Part shown: piece by piece, positions 19,801 through 28,060 of the stretch
Position numbering within the stretch: position 1 is the first letter of the stretch
How the letters are laid out: every line of letters begins with the position of its first letter
Virus record (IMG/VR): IMGVR_UViG_3300020042_005148
Coordinates: 1-46,559 of that record
DNA from: a virus
Lineage: Duplodnaviria; Caudoviricetes
DNA: 46,559 bases
Strand: one strand, 5' to 3'
Position numbers and translations under genes: made by a program
Notes under the pieces: generated by a model
What the model saw: only the letters and a program-made list of their open reading frames with translations
What the model was told of the DNA's origin: nothing
Databases searched by the model: none

Positions 19801-20947
19801 GACCAGTCGCGTAATCGAACAACCCCGGAGGAGCGAGAGCTGCCTCCACTCGCTTGCGACCGATTTCTTCAAGGTCCTTTTCAGAGGCCTTAGTGTACTT
19901 GTCGATACGATTCTTGATGTACTTCGCAGTCATCGGATCGACAGGTGCAATGTGGTCGGCTACTTCCTTCGCAGCATCTGGGTTGTTGATTACGAACTCG
20001 TCCAGCTTAGTGGGATCAGCGTCAATAGCTGCTTTCAGTTTGCCTGCATACTCAAGCTGCTTCTTGCCCGCCATGAGTCCCAGGCCAGCGCCCATAAGAC
20101 CTTCCTGCAGCAAACCTGCCCAGGAAAAGTCTTGCTTCATTTCATCAGGCAGAACTTGGTTGGTGGAGACTCGACTGGCCTCGCCAATAGCGATACCAGT
20201 TACAGCACCACTAGCTAACCTTGTCGGGATAGACCCTCGCATAGCTACAGGGGCAACACCCATTAAGCTGGTATTGGTAAAGACGTTCATACCAGCAGAG
20301 ACCGCCTTGCCCTTGTCTCCGGTGGCGTTATAGACTTCCCGAACTGTGTTTACCGCAGCAGTTGATGCTGGAAGCACCATAGTCTTCATGCCATGAAAAG
20401 CAGATCTTGCAACGCTTTCAACTAAGGGTGCCGTAACCTTTTCAACAGCCAGCTGCGGCATCAACAATGCTTGGTTCAGAATGTTTGCTGTTTCTCCAAG
20501 AACTGTCCCCACTGTGTTGGTTATGTTCTGAGCAGTGTTCTTGCTCATGGTGGGTTCTAGAGCTTGGGCACGCTCCAACCAAGGTTGTACCCAAGTTCGG
20601 TGAGCGTACTGCTGAGCAGTTTCTTTGCCAGGCTGTGCATTGGGTCTAGCGACATCAATCAGGGCAGCTCCCCATTCAAACACAGTTCCTGCAGCAGCAG
20701 CTGTCTGTGCAGATCCTCTGGCAAATGCCTTGGGTAACGACCACAGAGCTTCTCCTACGTTGAACGGAGTTTCTGGTTCATTGGTAACAGGGCCAAGCAG
20801 ATCGTCAGCAGTAATAGCTGACTTGGGTGTAGTCGGAGAGGAAGAGGTCTGGCGAGGTGGAGATGCCGCCGGGATTTCGGCAGCAGTAGAGACTGAGGGC
20901 GGAGTCGGAGAAGAAGAAGAGAAGAGGTCCTCCATTGGAACTGGCAT
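13823..20947 (-). CDS. Large internal virion/ejection (polyvalent) protein with GHKL ATPase and two zincin-like HExxH motifs
   Basis: Third and largest gene of the ejection cluster; EVLQNSYDA, DNGVGM, GGFGIAK, GTSI GHKL motifs; HELAHH..HD..F and HEVAH..EFVAE. Confidence 0.8.
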   Translation of the reverse strand: MPVPMEDLFSSSSPTPPSVSTAAEIPAASPPRQTSSSPTTPKSAITADDLLGPVTNEPETPFNVGEALWSLPKAFARGSAQTAAAAGTVFEWGAALIDVARPNAQPGKETAQQYAHRTWVQPWLERAQALEPTMSKNTAQNITNTVGTVLGETANILNQALLMPQLAVEKVTAPLVESVARSAFHGMKTMVLPASTAAVNTVREVYNATGDKGKAVSAGMNVFTNTSLMGVAPVAMRGSIPTRLASGAVTGIAIGEASRVSTNQVLPDEMKQDFSWAGLLQEGLMGAGLGLMAGKKQLEYAGKLKAAIDADPTKLDEFVINNPDAAKEVADHIAPVDPMTAKYIKNRIDKYTKASEKDLEEIGRKRVEAALAPPGLFDYATGRYVKDVTGGLRKELKKAAKPAVNADELLAQLKGTKPDDGEPPPPGVPVLKEPVIDRLAKVMRDNAPKDELSEGDRAELGGMDTQPSREEIRSRPGVNARRMAKMLGPQLYGDPTNMAVATIKEVLQNSYDAIKSSINLGNKQTNRIDIKTDSDARTVHMVDNGVGMGPDILGTKFLEIAGTGKEGGAASGGFGIAKMLFLYGNKDLHVISMRDGKVSEMKTTGEQLFDALENPELAPTITVRQPTPADRALFMEGHGTSIKLTIPESFKDPASGETKRIEMPRNYTASKDIQPLAFSPLFAPIEVTFNGRTVETGEHFQHDKYTHFVNAKFDWGNVRIYVTKKPTGQTWGENLHVLSNGLWQFSRKVTKDPANRWSPILPYEFYVDINPSVRPEDPGYPFNFNRQNFTETASTEFNKVMDHINALYAYSNLEGEAQSFGTIRYLGKAGDKVLATPMQEVKPVIPAPKGTFNVIKEGSQVTVHEGKLLVDGKEMPELKPEELKAAIPDTNALKVDQKMIKPYEVMVHDNTDVQSSADVAVPFNNMMADTFGPRYNEYLHHVGDSFLRLRDMVSKIMDYPELKNEAVGISIDPTYRGVSIRVPFSGNFINPFAAEATHPVEASYGMLGTMLHELAHHKVRNHDESFPQEMQRILFKLDSQTNTTYGFNFDRFRHNFVQEAMKYEDIIVEGKRLLENGRARGNSFKDSSESVQPGRGDAGDAAGNRRNGGAAGAGQRLLEGADAGGRATEQRGATGKSGGTPERAAVVPNTPHPAWMGLAQAMEPIYADMIESSPGPGQAGSRSYTVTTSHKLLDQMSSKTYNPALRGLLETLRDKVDDVPIRRNPNIDAGALYFNGAHRITSALDPNNAMTTVHLVHEVAHAGTVRFIDKYPNHPSVRRLVVLRQEALRRARAMEKVDGVKYFDLYGLRGDMEHAGRPVEFVAEALSNSNFHKFLVESEKYASKTHKAQPTLMTRLLRSLREMLGVKDEQQAKLFDEVMHHSFALLDETAGKTREGVDLSPGMKVTRPSRMDDEPTDLTTERLRRLTKSGDVYEPKSMLEVFDALEDGDRVYRWHEMDEQPYEVKPSEVHEYHLPEGYLIEKGALSKEKDKVAGTKGTVKDVRATIQQIADGTAEATAEMVPSAKGKATAKWGTEPTIYTSGLSRDDISAAFTMAHEFAQKVPGWKIAEGKVKEYVRYFVRNFVPESLSPEAEIAGADVTAAIATRKARDASIEAPSGKRREFWNKNIGRSWDFIKGYEKGAKFSDDAFNKIADFYRDWSNQIFKADQKAGIEYDPRDNYITHLFEDEAGVAEELHRRYGAKWGDPYFMKNRLAESYEYLSKLKNPDGSPKYPPRFENPEDIFMARQHASNVAHMRIEMLNDLEKHGLAKVIKKGEDSPDGFSPDPRRSPNGKLYWIHQDAMEILHNAFDTQSMWTLKGPVGDLYRGLMDVKNYTVAIRLFGLFHPVHLGLVTNNAAALTRATKNILTGNVNPKNWLPDVVRGLTPLSGVWTYKSPASRILKAYWGKLGKEELSSGEQMALQYMAEGGMVPGMAAQDRITIGRRFMDAVQQGKKGSAAFKLPFAIIGSLQQPMFHIWIPQLKIAAYMRDVATAFRVNPELVSNPDARRMALRQLAKSVDNRFGEMSYDTMFWNRTVKDIAVLNTLSVGWQMGLIREFGGGAVQVGELALKEGTIPAKIKAGELDKAFYSTYYIGLSALYGGLIMMALTGKWPQTMLDYFAPQSGGENADGTPKRITTPMFTREIVAIQKHMENEGVVSGLTHLVQNKASGVIGLVGSTITGVDGLGREIRDPNAPKFKQLEQTLLHIFKDVQPISATATEKAGEPITSVRGAMAVAGFQPAPRYLMETPVHGDIKATFQKYNARLTPYDQAAMSADRTKLKQAYEANSPEYDTILDAMEQKYELSPQEVARIEKGLLSDANPAVRMFSRLPWKEQKRILDKHWYEMTPDQQEDFLAKSSKEHLRYDYEPPKEHK

Positions 20948-20950
20948 GAT

Positions 20951-22090
20951 CTACTCCTCTTCTTCGCTGTCGTAGGAATCCGGCTCGTCGAGCTCTTCTT
21001 CGCTGAGGTAGGCCTCTTCGCGGCTGGCCACTTCGTCCTGCGACAAGAACTGTGTGCCGTCGTAGAAAACCTTCTGGCCTTCGAGCTTGGTGCCAGGTTG
21101 GCCTGTGTACCACGTACCCTTTCGGAAGGTACGGTCAGCGGGTGCCGGCATAGGCTTCTCGAAACTTCCAAGGCCCTGGCGACCGGGGCGGAATCCTGCG
21201 AACAAGCCAGAGGCCGAGGCTTCTTCGAAGGCATCGCGCAGGGCGACTGCAGGGGTATCACCGGCGGCCTCAAGCTCACGAGCCCTTCGTGCTACCACAC
21301 GGGCCTTGGTGCGGGCGGCCTCGGGATTGGCTGCGATGTTGTAGTACGTTCCGATGAAGTCGGTGGCGGCCTTGACATCCTCGCTCTTAAGCGGGGCGTC
21401 GGTGGAGCCTACCTTGCGGAGGTTCCTAGCCCGAGTCTCGTTGATGTCCAGCATCTTGGGGAGGTAGTGCTCCCTTCGAAAACGCTCGGTGTCTGCCTTC
21501 TCCCGAGCCAAGTCGATATCAGCTTGAGCCTTGCGAATCTTGAACGTGTCCACTTGGGTGGTGTACTGGGAGAGGAGTTGGTTGCGCCTCTCGGGAGTAA
21601 ACCCACTAGCCGCAATCGCCTGTAGCTGCATTGCCATCTCAGGGCGTTCGTATACCTTTGGGTGAGCTACGAAATAGTCTTCCCAATACTGCTGCCACGA
21701 TGCCTCGTCATTGACAGCTTGGAGGCCCTGGATAGCCGTGGTCAGGGATCCAATCGCCTGGTCCGCCCGGTACTTCTCGGTGAGTGCAGAGTTCTTCTCT
21801 GCAACCGACAGCTTGGTCATGATCTCGGCGGCGGCAACGGGTTCTCCCGTCGCCAGCTTGATGTCAGCATATGCCTGGAGTTTTTCCTTAGGACCTTTCG
21901 GTACGCCGCCGTACTGCTGTTCGCCTTGGGAAGTAATCTCCGCAAACATAGACATCTGCTTGTCGTGGAGTTCAATAGCCTGGTTGGCCTGCTTTATCTC
22001 CAGTCCTATCCGCTCAAGGTTAGAGCTATTGATTGCTTGCCTTTGCTGGAAGTCTTTCGCCTCCATGTACCCACCAAGAAAACCATCCAT
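20951..22090 (-). CDS. Internal virion / DNA-ejection protein
   Basis: Helical, Ala/Gln/Glu-rich, MDGFLGG start; between pilot protein and giant protein. Confidence 0.65.
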   Translation of the reverse strand: MDGFLGGYMEAKDFQQRQAINSSNLERIGLEIKQANQAIELHDKQMSMFAEITSQGEQQYGGVPKGPKEKLQAYADIKLATGEPVAAAEIMTKLSVAEKNSALTEKYRADQAIGSLTTAIQGLQAVNDEASWQQYWEDYFVAHPKVYERPEMAMQLQAIAASGFTPERRNQLLSQYTTQVDTFKIRKAQADIDLAREKADTERFRREHYLPKMLDINETRARNLRKVGSTDAPLKSEDVKAATDFIGTYYNIAANPEAARTKARVVARRARELEAAGDTPAVALRDAFEEASASGLFAGFRPGRQGLGSFEKPMPAPADRTFRKGTWYTGQPGTKLEGQKVFYDGTQFLSQDEVASREEAYLSEEELDEPDSYDSEEEE

Positions 22091-22101
22091 ATCGGTGCTC
22101 C

Positions 22102-22860
22102 TTAGAGGATCTTGGAGTAATCGACCATCAGGTAGCCGCTGGTATCGGCGGAGACTGCCTCAATGGGAGACTCATCAGCCATAACACCCTCGGCGGCTTC
22201 ACCCCAAACGTAGGTGAAGGAGTACCAAGGCTGTCCACCGGGAGTGCTCCCGATTCGCTGGATGTTGGTCTTCAGCCTGCGGTCAGAGTAGTTCATTATA
22301 TCCCAGGAGGTCATCTCACCACCACCCACTTGGTAACTGGCAGGGTTGCTAATAGCAGGATTCATCATGCTGCTGCTACTGCCGCTTGGACCACCTCCCC
22401 CACCAAGCATACCCATAGCCCCGCCGACCTGTCCCAACGCACTCATCAGTCCGTTCTGCTCCATCGTAGCCCCGGCTATAGCGGCCCCAGGACTACTTGA
22501 CTGCATACCACCAGCCATCGTTCCAAAGAACTGTTGCTGATTCTTCATCCAGTCCAGCCCGAATCCCATGCCATACTGCATCAAGGCGGCAGACTCATTA
22601 CCCGACCCCAAAAACCCTTGGGCAGCCATCCTCTTTTCGACCCCGCTTAGACCCAGATTCAAAGCAGAGGTGAACGTAGGGTCCTTGAATATAGCACCAG
22701 GGCTCTCATTCAGGTCACGTAGTCTATCCTGATAGAACCTACGGTTGTGTGAACCAAAGGGATCTTCCGCCGCCTGGCCCATAGCATCGGCGGCCCTTTT
22801 CGACCCCGCGTAACCAATGCCTGCGCTTACAACAGCTGCTCCTGCTACCCAGAAAGTCAT
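22102..22860 (-). CDS. DNA pilot/ejection protein (P22 gp7-like) with C-terminal S74-like chaperone domain
   Basis: Hydrophobic Gly/Ala N-terminus, AAQGFLGSG; SDRRLKTNI..Y.F.Y..GVMADE..VDYSKI. Confidence 0.72.
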   Translation of the reverse strand: MTFWVAGAAVVSAGIGYAGSKRAADAMGQAAEDPFGSHNRRFYQDRLRDLNESPGAIFKDPTFTSALNLGLSGVEKRMAAQGFLGSGNESAALMQYGMGFGLDWMKNQQQFFGTMAGGMQSSSPGAAIAGATMEQNGLMSALGQVGGAMGMLGGGGGPSGSSSSMMNPAISNPASYQVGGGEMTSWDIMNYSDRRLKTNIQRIGSTPGGQPWYSFTYVWGEAAEGVMADESPIEAVSADTSGYLMVDYSKIL

Positions 22861-23321
22861 GATTGCTTCTCCAATAATGTTTTAAGGACGTTCCCTGGAC
22901 CATACATAGAAGTCGGATCGTCCTCGGTGAGTTCTTTCTCTATTTCAGAGATGTCTTGACCATCAGCTCGGTGGACAGTAACGCACACACTGTCGTCCAA
23001 GGACAGCACAATACGCTTGGTACCTGGAGGGCATACCAGGACTGCAGGGGCATGAAGATCTTTCACACCGTCGTCTGTGGTTACACGAATGGAACCAGCA
23101 ATCACCATGTAGAAGTGTTCCTTCTTGTGGACCTTGCCCACAGTGATTACCCCAGCATCTCGGTAGACCACGCGGCAGTACATCCCATCAGCGAAATAAT
23201 GGGAAGTAAGTGGTTCGTACTGAGGAAGCTTTGACACTTCCTTCTGGACCCAAGCAACCATCTCTGGTGAGACGATAGACTTAGGTTGGGGGGGTATAGC
23301 TGGTAAGTTTTCCATATTCAA
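22857..23321 (-). CDS. Cupin-fold protein
   Basis: HYFADGMYCR..GKVHKKEH..GSIRV..PPGTKR. Confidence 0.65.
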   Translation of the reverse strand: MNMENLPAIPPQPKSIVSPEMVAWVQKEVSKLPQYEPLTSHYFADGMYCRVVYRDAGVITVGKVHKKEHFYMVIAGSIRVTTDDGVKDLHAPAVLVCPPGTKRIVLSLDDSVCVTVHRADGQDISEIEKELTEDDPTSMYGPGNVLKTLLEKQS

Positions 23322-23550
23322 ATGTCATTGAGCCTGCGGTGCCGCCACTCGTAAGTTTAGCCAAAGCCACAGTAGCCGTCAATCCCGTTGTCGCGTAGCT
23401 GTCAACCGCTGTCGCGTTGTCATTAACCAACTTAGCCAAGTCAACAAACCACCTTTTCCACAACTCGGTGAAGATGTGCGTTCCAACCTTTGACACCCCG
23501 TCTGTAACAGCGGGCTGCATGGTTGGGGGGTTAGTTAAGACATTTCCCAT
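23281..23550 (-). CDS. Small tail-associated protein
   Basis: Coupled to the gp10-like gene; W.RWF motif; ends GSMTFEYGKLT. Confidence 0.5.
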   Translation of the reverse strand: MGNVLTNPPTMQPAVTDGVSKVGTHIFTELWKRWFVDLAKLVNDNATAVDSYATTGLTATVALAKLTSGGTAGSMTFEYGKLTSYTPPT

Positions 23551-25496
23551 TAGAGGCCACCAATGTCAAGCTGCAAATCAATCGAGCGGATGCGGAAGGG
23601 GGTTGAGGCTTGGTGACGGAACCACCAGGCTCTGCGGTAAAAGGTTCCACACTGGGAGAGAATCGGGCGGCGGTCATACAGGTTGACTGTGCGGGCGGCA
23701 GTCCAAGTCTCATAATCGTCATCAGACACCCGGACCTCGAGGGTGCTTAGCAGCACCTTGTCCGCATTGAATCTCATTTGGTTCAGGACCTTCCTGCGAT
23801 CTATCCCAAAGTCAGTTGCTGGGGTAATGATGTCCACAGCGAAGATATCCCCTGCATCAGAATGATAATCCCAGTGCGCCTCGAAGTAAAACATCTGCCC
23901 GCTCGTTTCGTGCTGAGCAATGTGGTTCAAGTTCTCGTCGAAGGTTATGTAGACTATGGGCCAATAGTTACCAGAGGCGTTTGTCCACTGGTACCAAAGA
24001 TTCTGGTCGATGTCGTAGACGAGAGTCAGGTTGACGTGCTTAGCTGTAATCCCATAGAACTTATGGCCTCCATGCTTGAAGGCCCAGGAAAACACATCAC
24101 CGGAGCGGGCGTTCTCCAACAAGCGATCTACGCTCGGTGTTGATACCACCCTGACCTTAAGATCTTCCATACAGACAATCTGGGGAGATGCTGTTCTGTT
24201 CGAGGACATCCAAAACAAAACGTCGTCAATCTCTTGTATCGAATCGGCTGCCACACACCCGTAAGGAGACTTAGCTCCCGCTACTGGGGCCAGCGGCGAC
24301 CCAGGAAAATTCCCCGCATTATAGAAAACTTCGGTTGTCCATTCTTTCAGCGCGATTACGTAGACCAACTGTTTGGCTAGTGCAACCCCACCATCTGGCT
24401 CAACTCGTGCGACAATCTTGTTCAGGGGATCCCACAGGGTAGGATCATCAAGGTTCTTAGAACCCCAAATATTCCCTTCTGGGTCCATGACATACAGCGT
24501 CCCGTCGAGGTACACGAACCCCTTGCAGAACTCCGTAGGAAACGCGTTCTTCACGTACACGTTACCCGTCCCAGTAGCAGCCCCGGTTGCTTGGAAGATG
24601 GTTCCTACCGTATTGATCGGAGCCCCTACGAGGGTGAAGTCTGTATCACCAAGCTGGTTGATCTGATACGTAACCCCTGGGAGCAAGCTGATCGCATTAA
24701 GAGACGCCGTGCCTGTACCTTCTCCCGGCCCGGTAGCCTCGAAAACTGTAGAGCTTCCTACCGGAAGGACGTTGGTTACTTGGCCGTTCGTAAGGATCGG
24801 GGCGGAACCAGTCGCAATAAAGGTTAAGCCAACAGTGTTCGATGTGGCACCAAGCTCAGTAAAGTCAGTCCTAAGGTCAAAATAAGGGAACTCCGTCCTG
24901 ACGGTACCAAGAGAATATATTACATAGGGAGTTCCAGCTACCATGCTACGAGCGTATATGACACTAGCTGGATCAGGCTCCCCTGCCGCACCACACGATA
25001 CCCAGTCCGTATCTCCCGGCGTGATAACCGTATAGGAACTACCAACAACAAACGAACCAGCTTGTACAGGAACGTAATCTTCGATTTCTTTAATCGTATA
25101 ACCTTCCGTGTAGTACATCTTCACGCCGTTGCCGAACACCAGCCTTGGCGGCGCTCCACGCAACTGTACGAAAAAGTATCTTCCATTGGTACCATCTACA
25201 CTACCCAAAAGGAAGTTTGCGCTTCCGCTACCAGGGTATGTTCTGTAAAGCTGCCCATTCCAGATGGAAAACACAGACCCATTCCAGTTGTACATACCTT
25301 GCCCATCACCTTCAAGGGTGTACTTAACAGCCAACCCTATCCGTTTTTGGATCTGGTATTCATTCGTGCTTGGGTCCTTTTCTGCATAGCAGTTAACCAG
25401 CTTTGCGTCCTTCGTCAACCCCTCATCTCGGTTGCCGAACTGGGTGATCAGCGGCACACGCTGAGGGCTAGCCATTGTGTTAGCTTGAGGACTCAT
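23550..25496 (-). CDS. Tail hub / packaged-DNA stabilization protein (P22 gp10-like)
   Basis: LVNCYAE, FVYLDG, TTEVFYNAG, STPSVDR, GHKFY, TLVYD..W.QW, SDDDY.TW, G.FYRR motifs; follows the adaptor gene. Confidence 0.8.
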   Translation of the reverse strand: MSPQANTMASPQRVPLITQFGNRDEGLTKDAKLVNCYAEKDPSTNEYQIQKRIGLAVKYTLEGDGQGMYNWNGSVFSIWNGQLYRTYPGSGSANFLLGSVDGTNGRYFFVQLRGAPPRLVFGNGVKMYYTEGYTIKEIEDYVPVQAGSFVVGSSYTVITPGDTDWVSCGAAGEPDPASVIYARSMVAGTPYVIYSLGTVRTEFPYFDLRTDFTELGATSNTVGLTFIATGSAPILTNGQVTNVLPVGSSTVFEATGPGEGTGTASLNAISLLPGVTYQINQLGDTDFTLVGAPINTVGTIFQATGAATGTGNVYVKNAFPTEFCKGFVYLDGTLYVMDPEGNIWGSKNLDDPTLWDPLNKIVARVEPDGGVALAKQLVYVIALKEWTTEVFYNAGNFPGSPLAPVAGAKSPYGCVAADSIQEIDDVLFWMSSNRTASPQIVCMEDLKVRVVSTPSVDRLLENARSGDVFSWAFKHGGHKFYGITAKHVNLTLVYDIDQNLWYQWTNASGNYWPIVYITFDENLNHIAQHETSGQMFYFEAHWDYHSDAGDIFAVDIITPATDFGIDRRKVLNQMRFNADKVLLSTLEVRVSDDDYETWTAARTVNLYDRRPILSQCGTFYRRAWWFRHQASTPFRIRSIDLQLDIGGL

Positions 25497-26215
25497 CGGA
25501 AGCTATTCCCCTGGAAGGCAATCCTCTGATCAGGCGCAAACATCGTCGGCGCATCTTCAACATCCCAATTGCACAGAGCCTCGCGGTATGCCATCGCAAA
25601 GTTCTGGCAACGTGCCTGGATTGACTCAGGCTGGCCTACCGACAGATCCATCGCCAGTGCCCACCTCAACCACAAGAACCACTCCGGGGGGAACTGCATG
25701 GTCTCCGTAATGGTAGATACATTTGCCACTTGGTTCTGGATCAAGATGTGCGCTTTGCCCGTAGCGGCCTCCGTATCCGGCACTAGCCAGAACGTCACGG
25801 CCATTTGGGTGAGCTGCTTATCCACGAAGTACTGCGTGATGGGACCTTGTCCCGTCGGATTTGACAGGAGCATGTAGGTGTCCCTGTCAATCAAAATGAT
25901 GTTCCTGCGGAAGTTGTTCGAGTCCAGGTAGTACCCGCTGTCAAGCAACCGAGTAGGCCTGGCAAGATTGACGTTCCCACTCGCCTTGATGGTGTACATA
26001 GCCTGTCCCGCAACGAGCGGAATCTCCAGGTCGTGCTGAAGCCACAGCTTCAAACCCTGGGTCTGCTCCAAATTGACCAGATCGTTCAGGCGGTTCAGGG
26101 AGTCCGAATAAACTTCATCCGTAGGCGTCTGCCCTTCCTGGATTAACCCGGCATCCTTCAAGGCCATCTTGATGATGCGAGTGGGGGTTGATGCACCAGC
26201 TACAGTAATGGTCAT
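25493..26215 (-). CDS. Head-tail adaptor (P22 gp4-like)
   Basis: IIKMALKDAG..GQTP..LNRLNDL; FPPEW..LRWALAMDL; synteny. Confidence 0.75.
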   Translation of the reverse strand: MTITVAGASTPTRIIKMALKDAGLIQEGQTPTDEVYSDSLNRLNDLVNLEQTQGLKLWLQHDLEIPLVAGQAMYTIKASGNVNLARPTRLLDSGYYLDSNNFRRNIILIDRDTYMLLSNPTGQGPITQYFVDKQLTQMAVTFWLVPDTEAATGKAHILIQNQVANVSTITETMQFPPEWFLWLRWALAMDLSVGQPESIQARCQNFAMAYREALCNWDVEDAPTMFAPDQRIAFQGNSFR

Positions 26216-26230
26216 ATCGCCTCCAGAGCC

Positions 26231-26291
26231 CTCCTAGGGAACCGTCAACTCTGTAAGTAGGGGGTAAACAGAGTCAACGATCCCCCAGGAG
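26231..26291 (-). promoter_or_regulatory. Long intergenic RNA hairpin
   Basis: 24-bp stem, 13-nt loop; all five DNA mismatches become G-U pairs on the minus-strand transcript. Confidence 0.75.
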
Positions 26292-26297
26292 AAGCAA

Positions 26298-27041
26298 TTA
26301 CCTTTCCTGAGCCGCGAAGATGTAATCCACCGACAGGACCTTCGCCGCAGCTGCACCGTTCTGAATGCCGAAGCTTACGGTCAGCTCCGTATCAGGCAGG
26401 TTCGTTGCGAGGGTTGCACCGAAGTCGGCGGTGTAGACCTTTACGTCGTCCTTGTAGAGGTCCACGTAGCGGGCACCGTCGAAGTAGAAGCCCAAGGTCA
26501 TATACGTGTCATCGGCTGCTGCCGTCGTGACCGCCGTGTTGGTCACCTGGGCCGACGTAGTCTTCTGCATGTAGAAGTCGATGTTCGTATCGCCATCATC
26601 TTTCTGGAAGAAGATAGCATCCGACACACCGTCGCCGCCAGTATCAAGAGGCGTCGTATCCGTAACCTGCAGCCCCATAACCCAATCGGACTGCGTGGCA
26701 TCCGATACCTTAAACCGAGCCTTGAAGAACAGCTTCTTGCCCGAAGCAAGAAGGAAGTTCTCACCAATCTTCTGGAGCCAATCGCAGTCATTGTCTGCGC
26801 CATCGTTCGTGATTACGAGGACGCCATTGGCGGCATCCGCCAGAGCTTCGGTGGCATCGCCACTCCCGCCTTCCGTCGTCGTAATCGTGTACTTGGCAAC
26901 ACCAGAAGTATCCGTCACCCACGTATCGAAGTCATCGAAGAACGTGTAGTACTTCGTGGGGTCAAGCTGACCCATCATACCCAGGGGATTGGCCTTAACC
27001 CTGTTAGTCACACCAGCAGGAAAACGAACTGGACTTGTCAT
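26298..27041 (-). CDS. Virion structural protein (beta-sandwich, probable head decoration)
   Basis: Directly after MCP; FFDDF..LSVDYIFAAQER; codon usage similar to MCP. Confidence 0.6.
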   Translation of the reverse strand: MTSPVRFPAGVTNRVKANPLGMMGQLDPTKYYTFFDDFDTWVTDTSGVAKYTITTTEGGSGDATEALADAANGVLVITNDGADNDCDWLQKIGENFLLASGKKLFFKARFKVSDATQSDWVMGLQVTDTTPLDTGGDGVSDAIFFQKDDGDTNIDFYMQKTTSAQVTNTAVTTAAADDTYMTLGFYFDGARYVDLYKDDVKVYTADFGATLATNLPDTELTVSFGIQNGAAAAKVLSVDYIFAAQER

Positions 27042-27085
27042 CTTAATCTCCTAACGCTCTATGAGCGTGCTAAGGCACGTTGGAG

Positions 27086-27121
27086 GTGTGGCCGGATATC
27101 CCCATTGATACCCGGCCACAC
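27086..27121 (-). promoter_or_regulatory. Hairpin just after the major capsid stop codon
   Basis: 15-bp stem GTGTGGCCGGGTATC / GATATCCGGCCACAC with one G-U pair, 6-nt loop; no U tract. Confidence 0.65.
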
Positions 27122-27127
27122 AATCAC

Positions 27128-28048
27128 TCAGGGACCATTCGAACCGAAGATGCCCCTCGGATCGGTGGCACCGACCGAGAACCTCATGTAGGTCGAGGCC
27201 TTGGCGTTCTTCGTATCGAAGTCGTTGTCCTGATCGAAGATCGGCTTGTCCCGCCAGAACATCTGCATGCCGTTCGGGCAGTTCGTCCGAACGAACCACG
27301 CATGCGCACTGGTGAAGTAGTGATTCATCTTCACTCCCTTCGGGAACGCATTCGTAGCCTTGAGCACGTTGATGTTGTTGTTAGCGGTATCCGGCTGCAG
27401 CACGCTCTTCAGGATGCGGTTCGCATTGAACCATTCCTGACGGGCGATATGCAGAGATTCCGGAAGCACGCTGATCAGCAGCCCGCGGTCGGTCTGCGTA
27501 CCCATGATCTGGATACACATATCTTCCAAGGCCGCTTCGGACAGGTCCGCCGCCGGGGTCAGAGCATTCGAGAACGTGCCGCCTGTCGTATTCAGGTGGG
27601 ACGCATTCACGAGACTCAAACCATCAGCATGCGTAAAGATGCTTCCCGTGAAGGCATCATTGTACACTGCCGCAGCGACGTTCTCAACCGTCTGGTTGAT
27701 AGAGAACGCATTGGCCTGTGCACGACGCATGGACACCTGCTCGTACAGGTTATCCCGCAGCTCTTCAAACGTGACCTTGTACCCCAGTGCATACGCAACG
27801 TGCGTATACCGGGAGATCACGCCCTGGACTTCCGAATCGTAGCTGACGCTTGCGCCTTCAGCCTTCGCCGGAGCCAGTCCAAACCCTGTGATCTGCACAT
27901 CTTCTTCGTATGCACGCGAAGAGTCCAGGACCGTGTAGAGGTCTGTGTACTCCGTCATGTGCTCCGAGTAGACCTGCCCCCAGAAAGCGTGGACGCCTGG
28001 CCACAGTGCTTTTGGGTGACTACCAGTGGTGATAATTCCGCCTGCCAT
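27128..28048 (-). CDS. Major capsid protein (HK97 fold, BPP-1/Mu gpT-like)
   Basis: KALWPG, SSRAYEE..GFGLAPAKAEG, YALGYKVT.E..DNLY, DGLSL..SH, DFDTKN..RFSVG.TDPRGIFGS. Confidence 0.88.
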   Translation of the reverse strand: MAGGIITTGSHPKALWPGVHAFWGQVYSEHMTEYTDLYTVLDSSRAYEEDVQITGFGLAPAKAEGASVSYDSEVQGVISRYTHVAYALGYKVTFEELRDNLYEQVSMRRAQANAFSINQTVENVAAAVYNDAFTGSIFTHADGLSLVNASHLNTTGGTFSNALTPAADLSEAALEDMCIQIMGTQTDRGLLISVLPESLHIARQEWFNANRILKSVLQPDTANNNINVLKATNAFPKGVKMNHYFTSAHAWFVRTNCPNGMQMFWRDKPIFDQDNDFDTKNAKASTYMRFSVGATDPRGIFGSNGP

Positions 28049-28060
28049 GTTCGTTACTCC

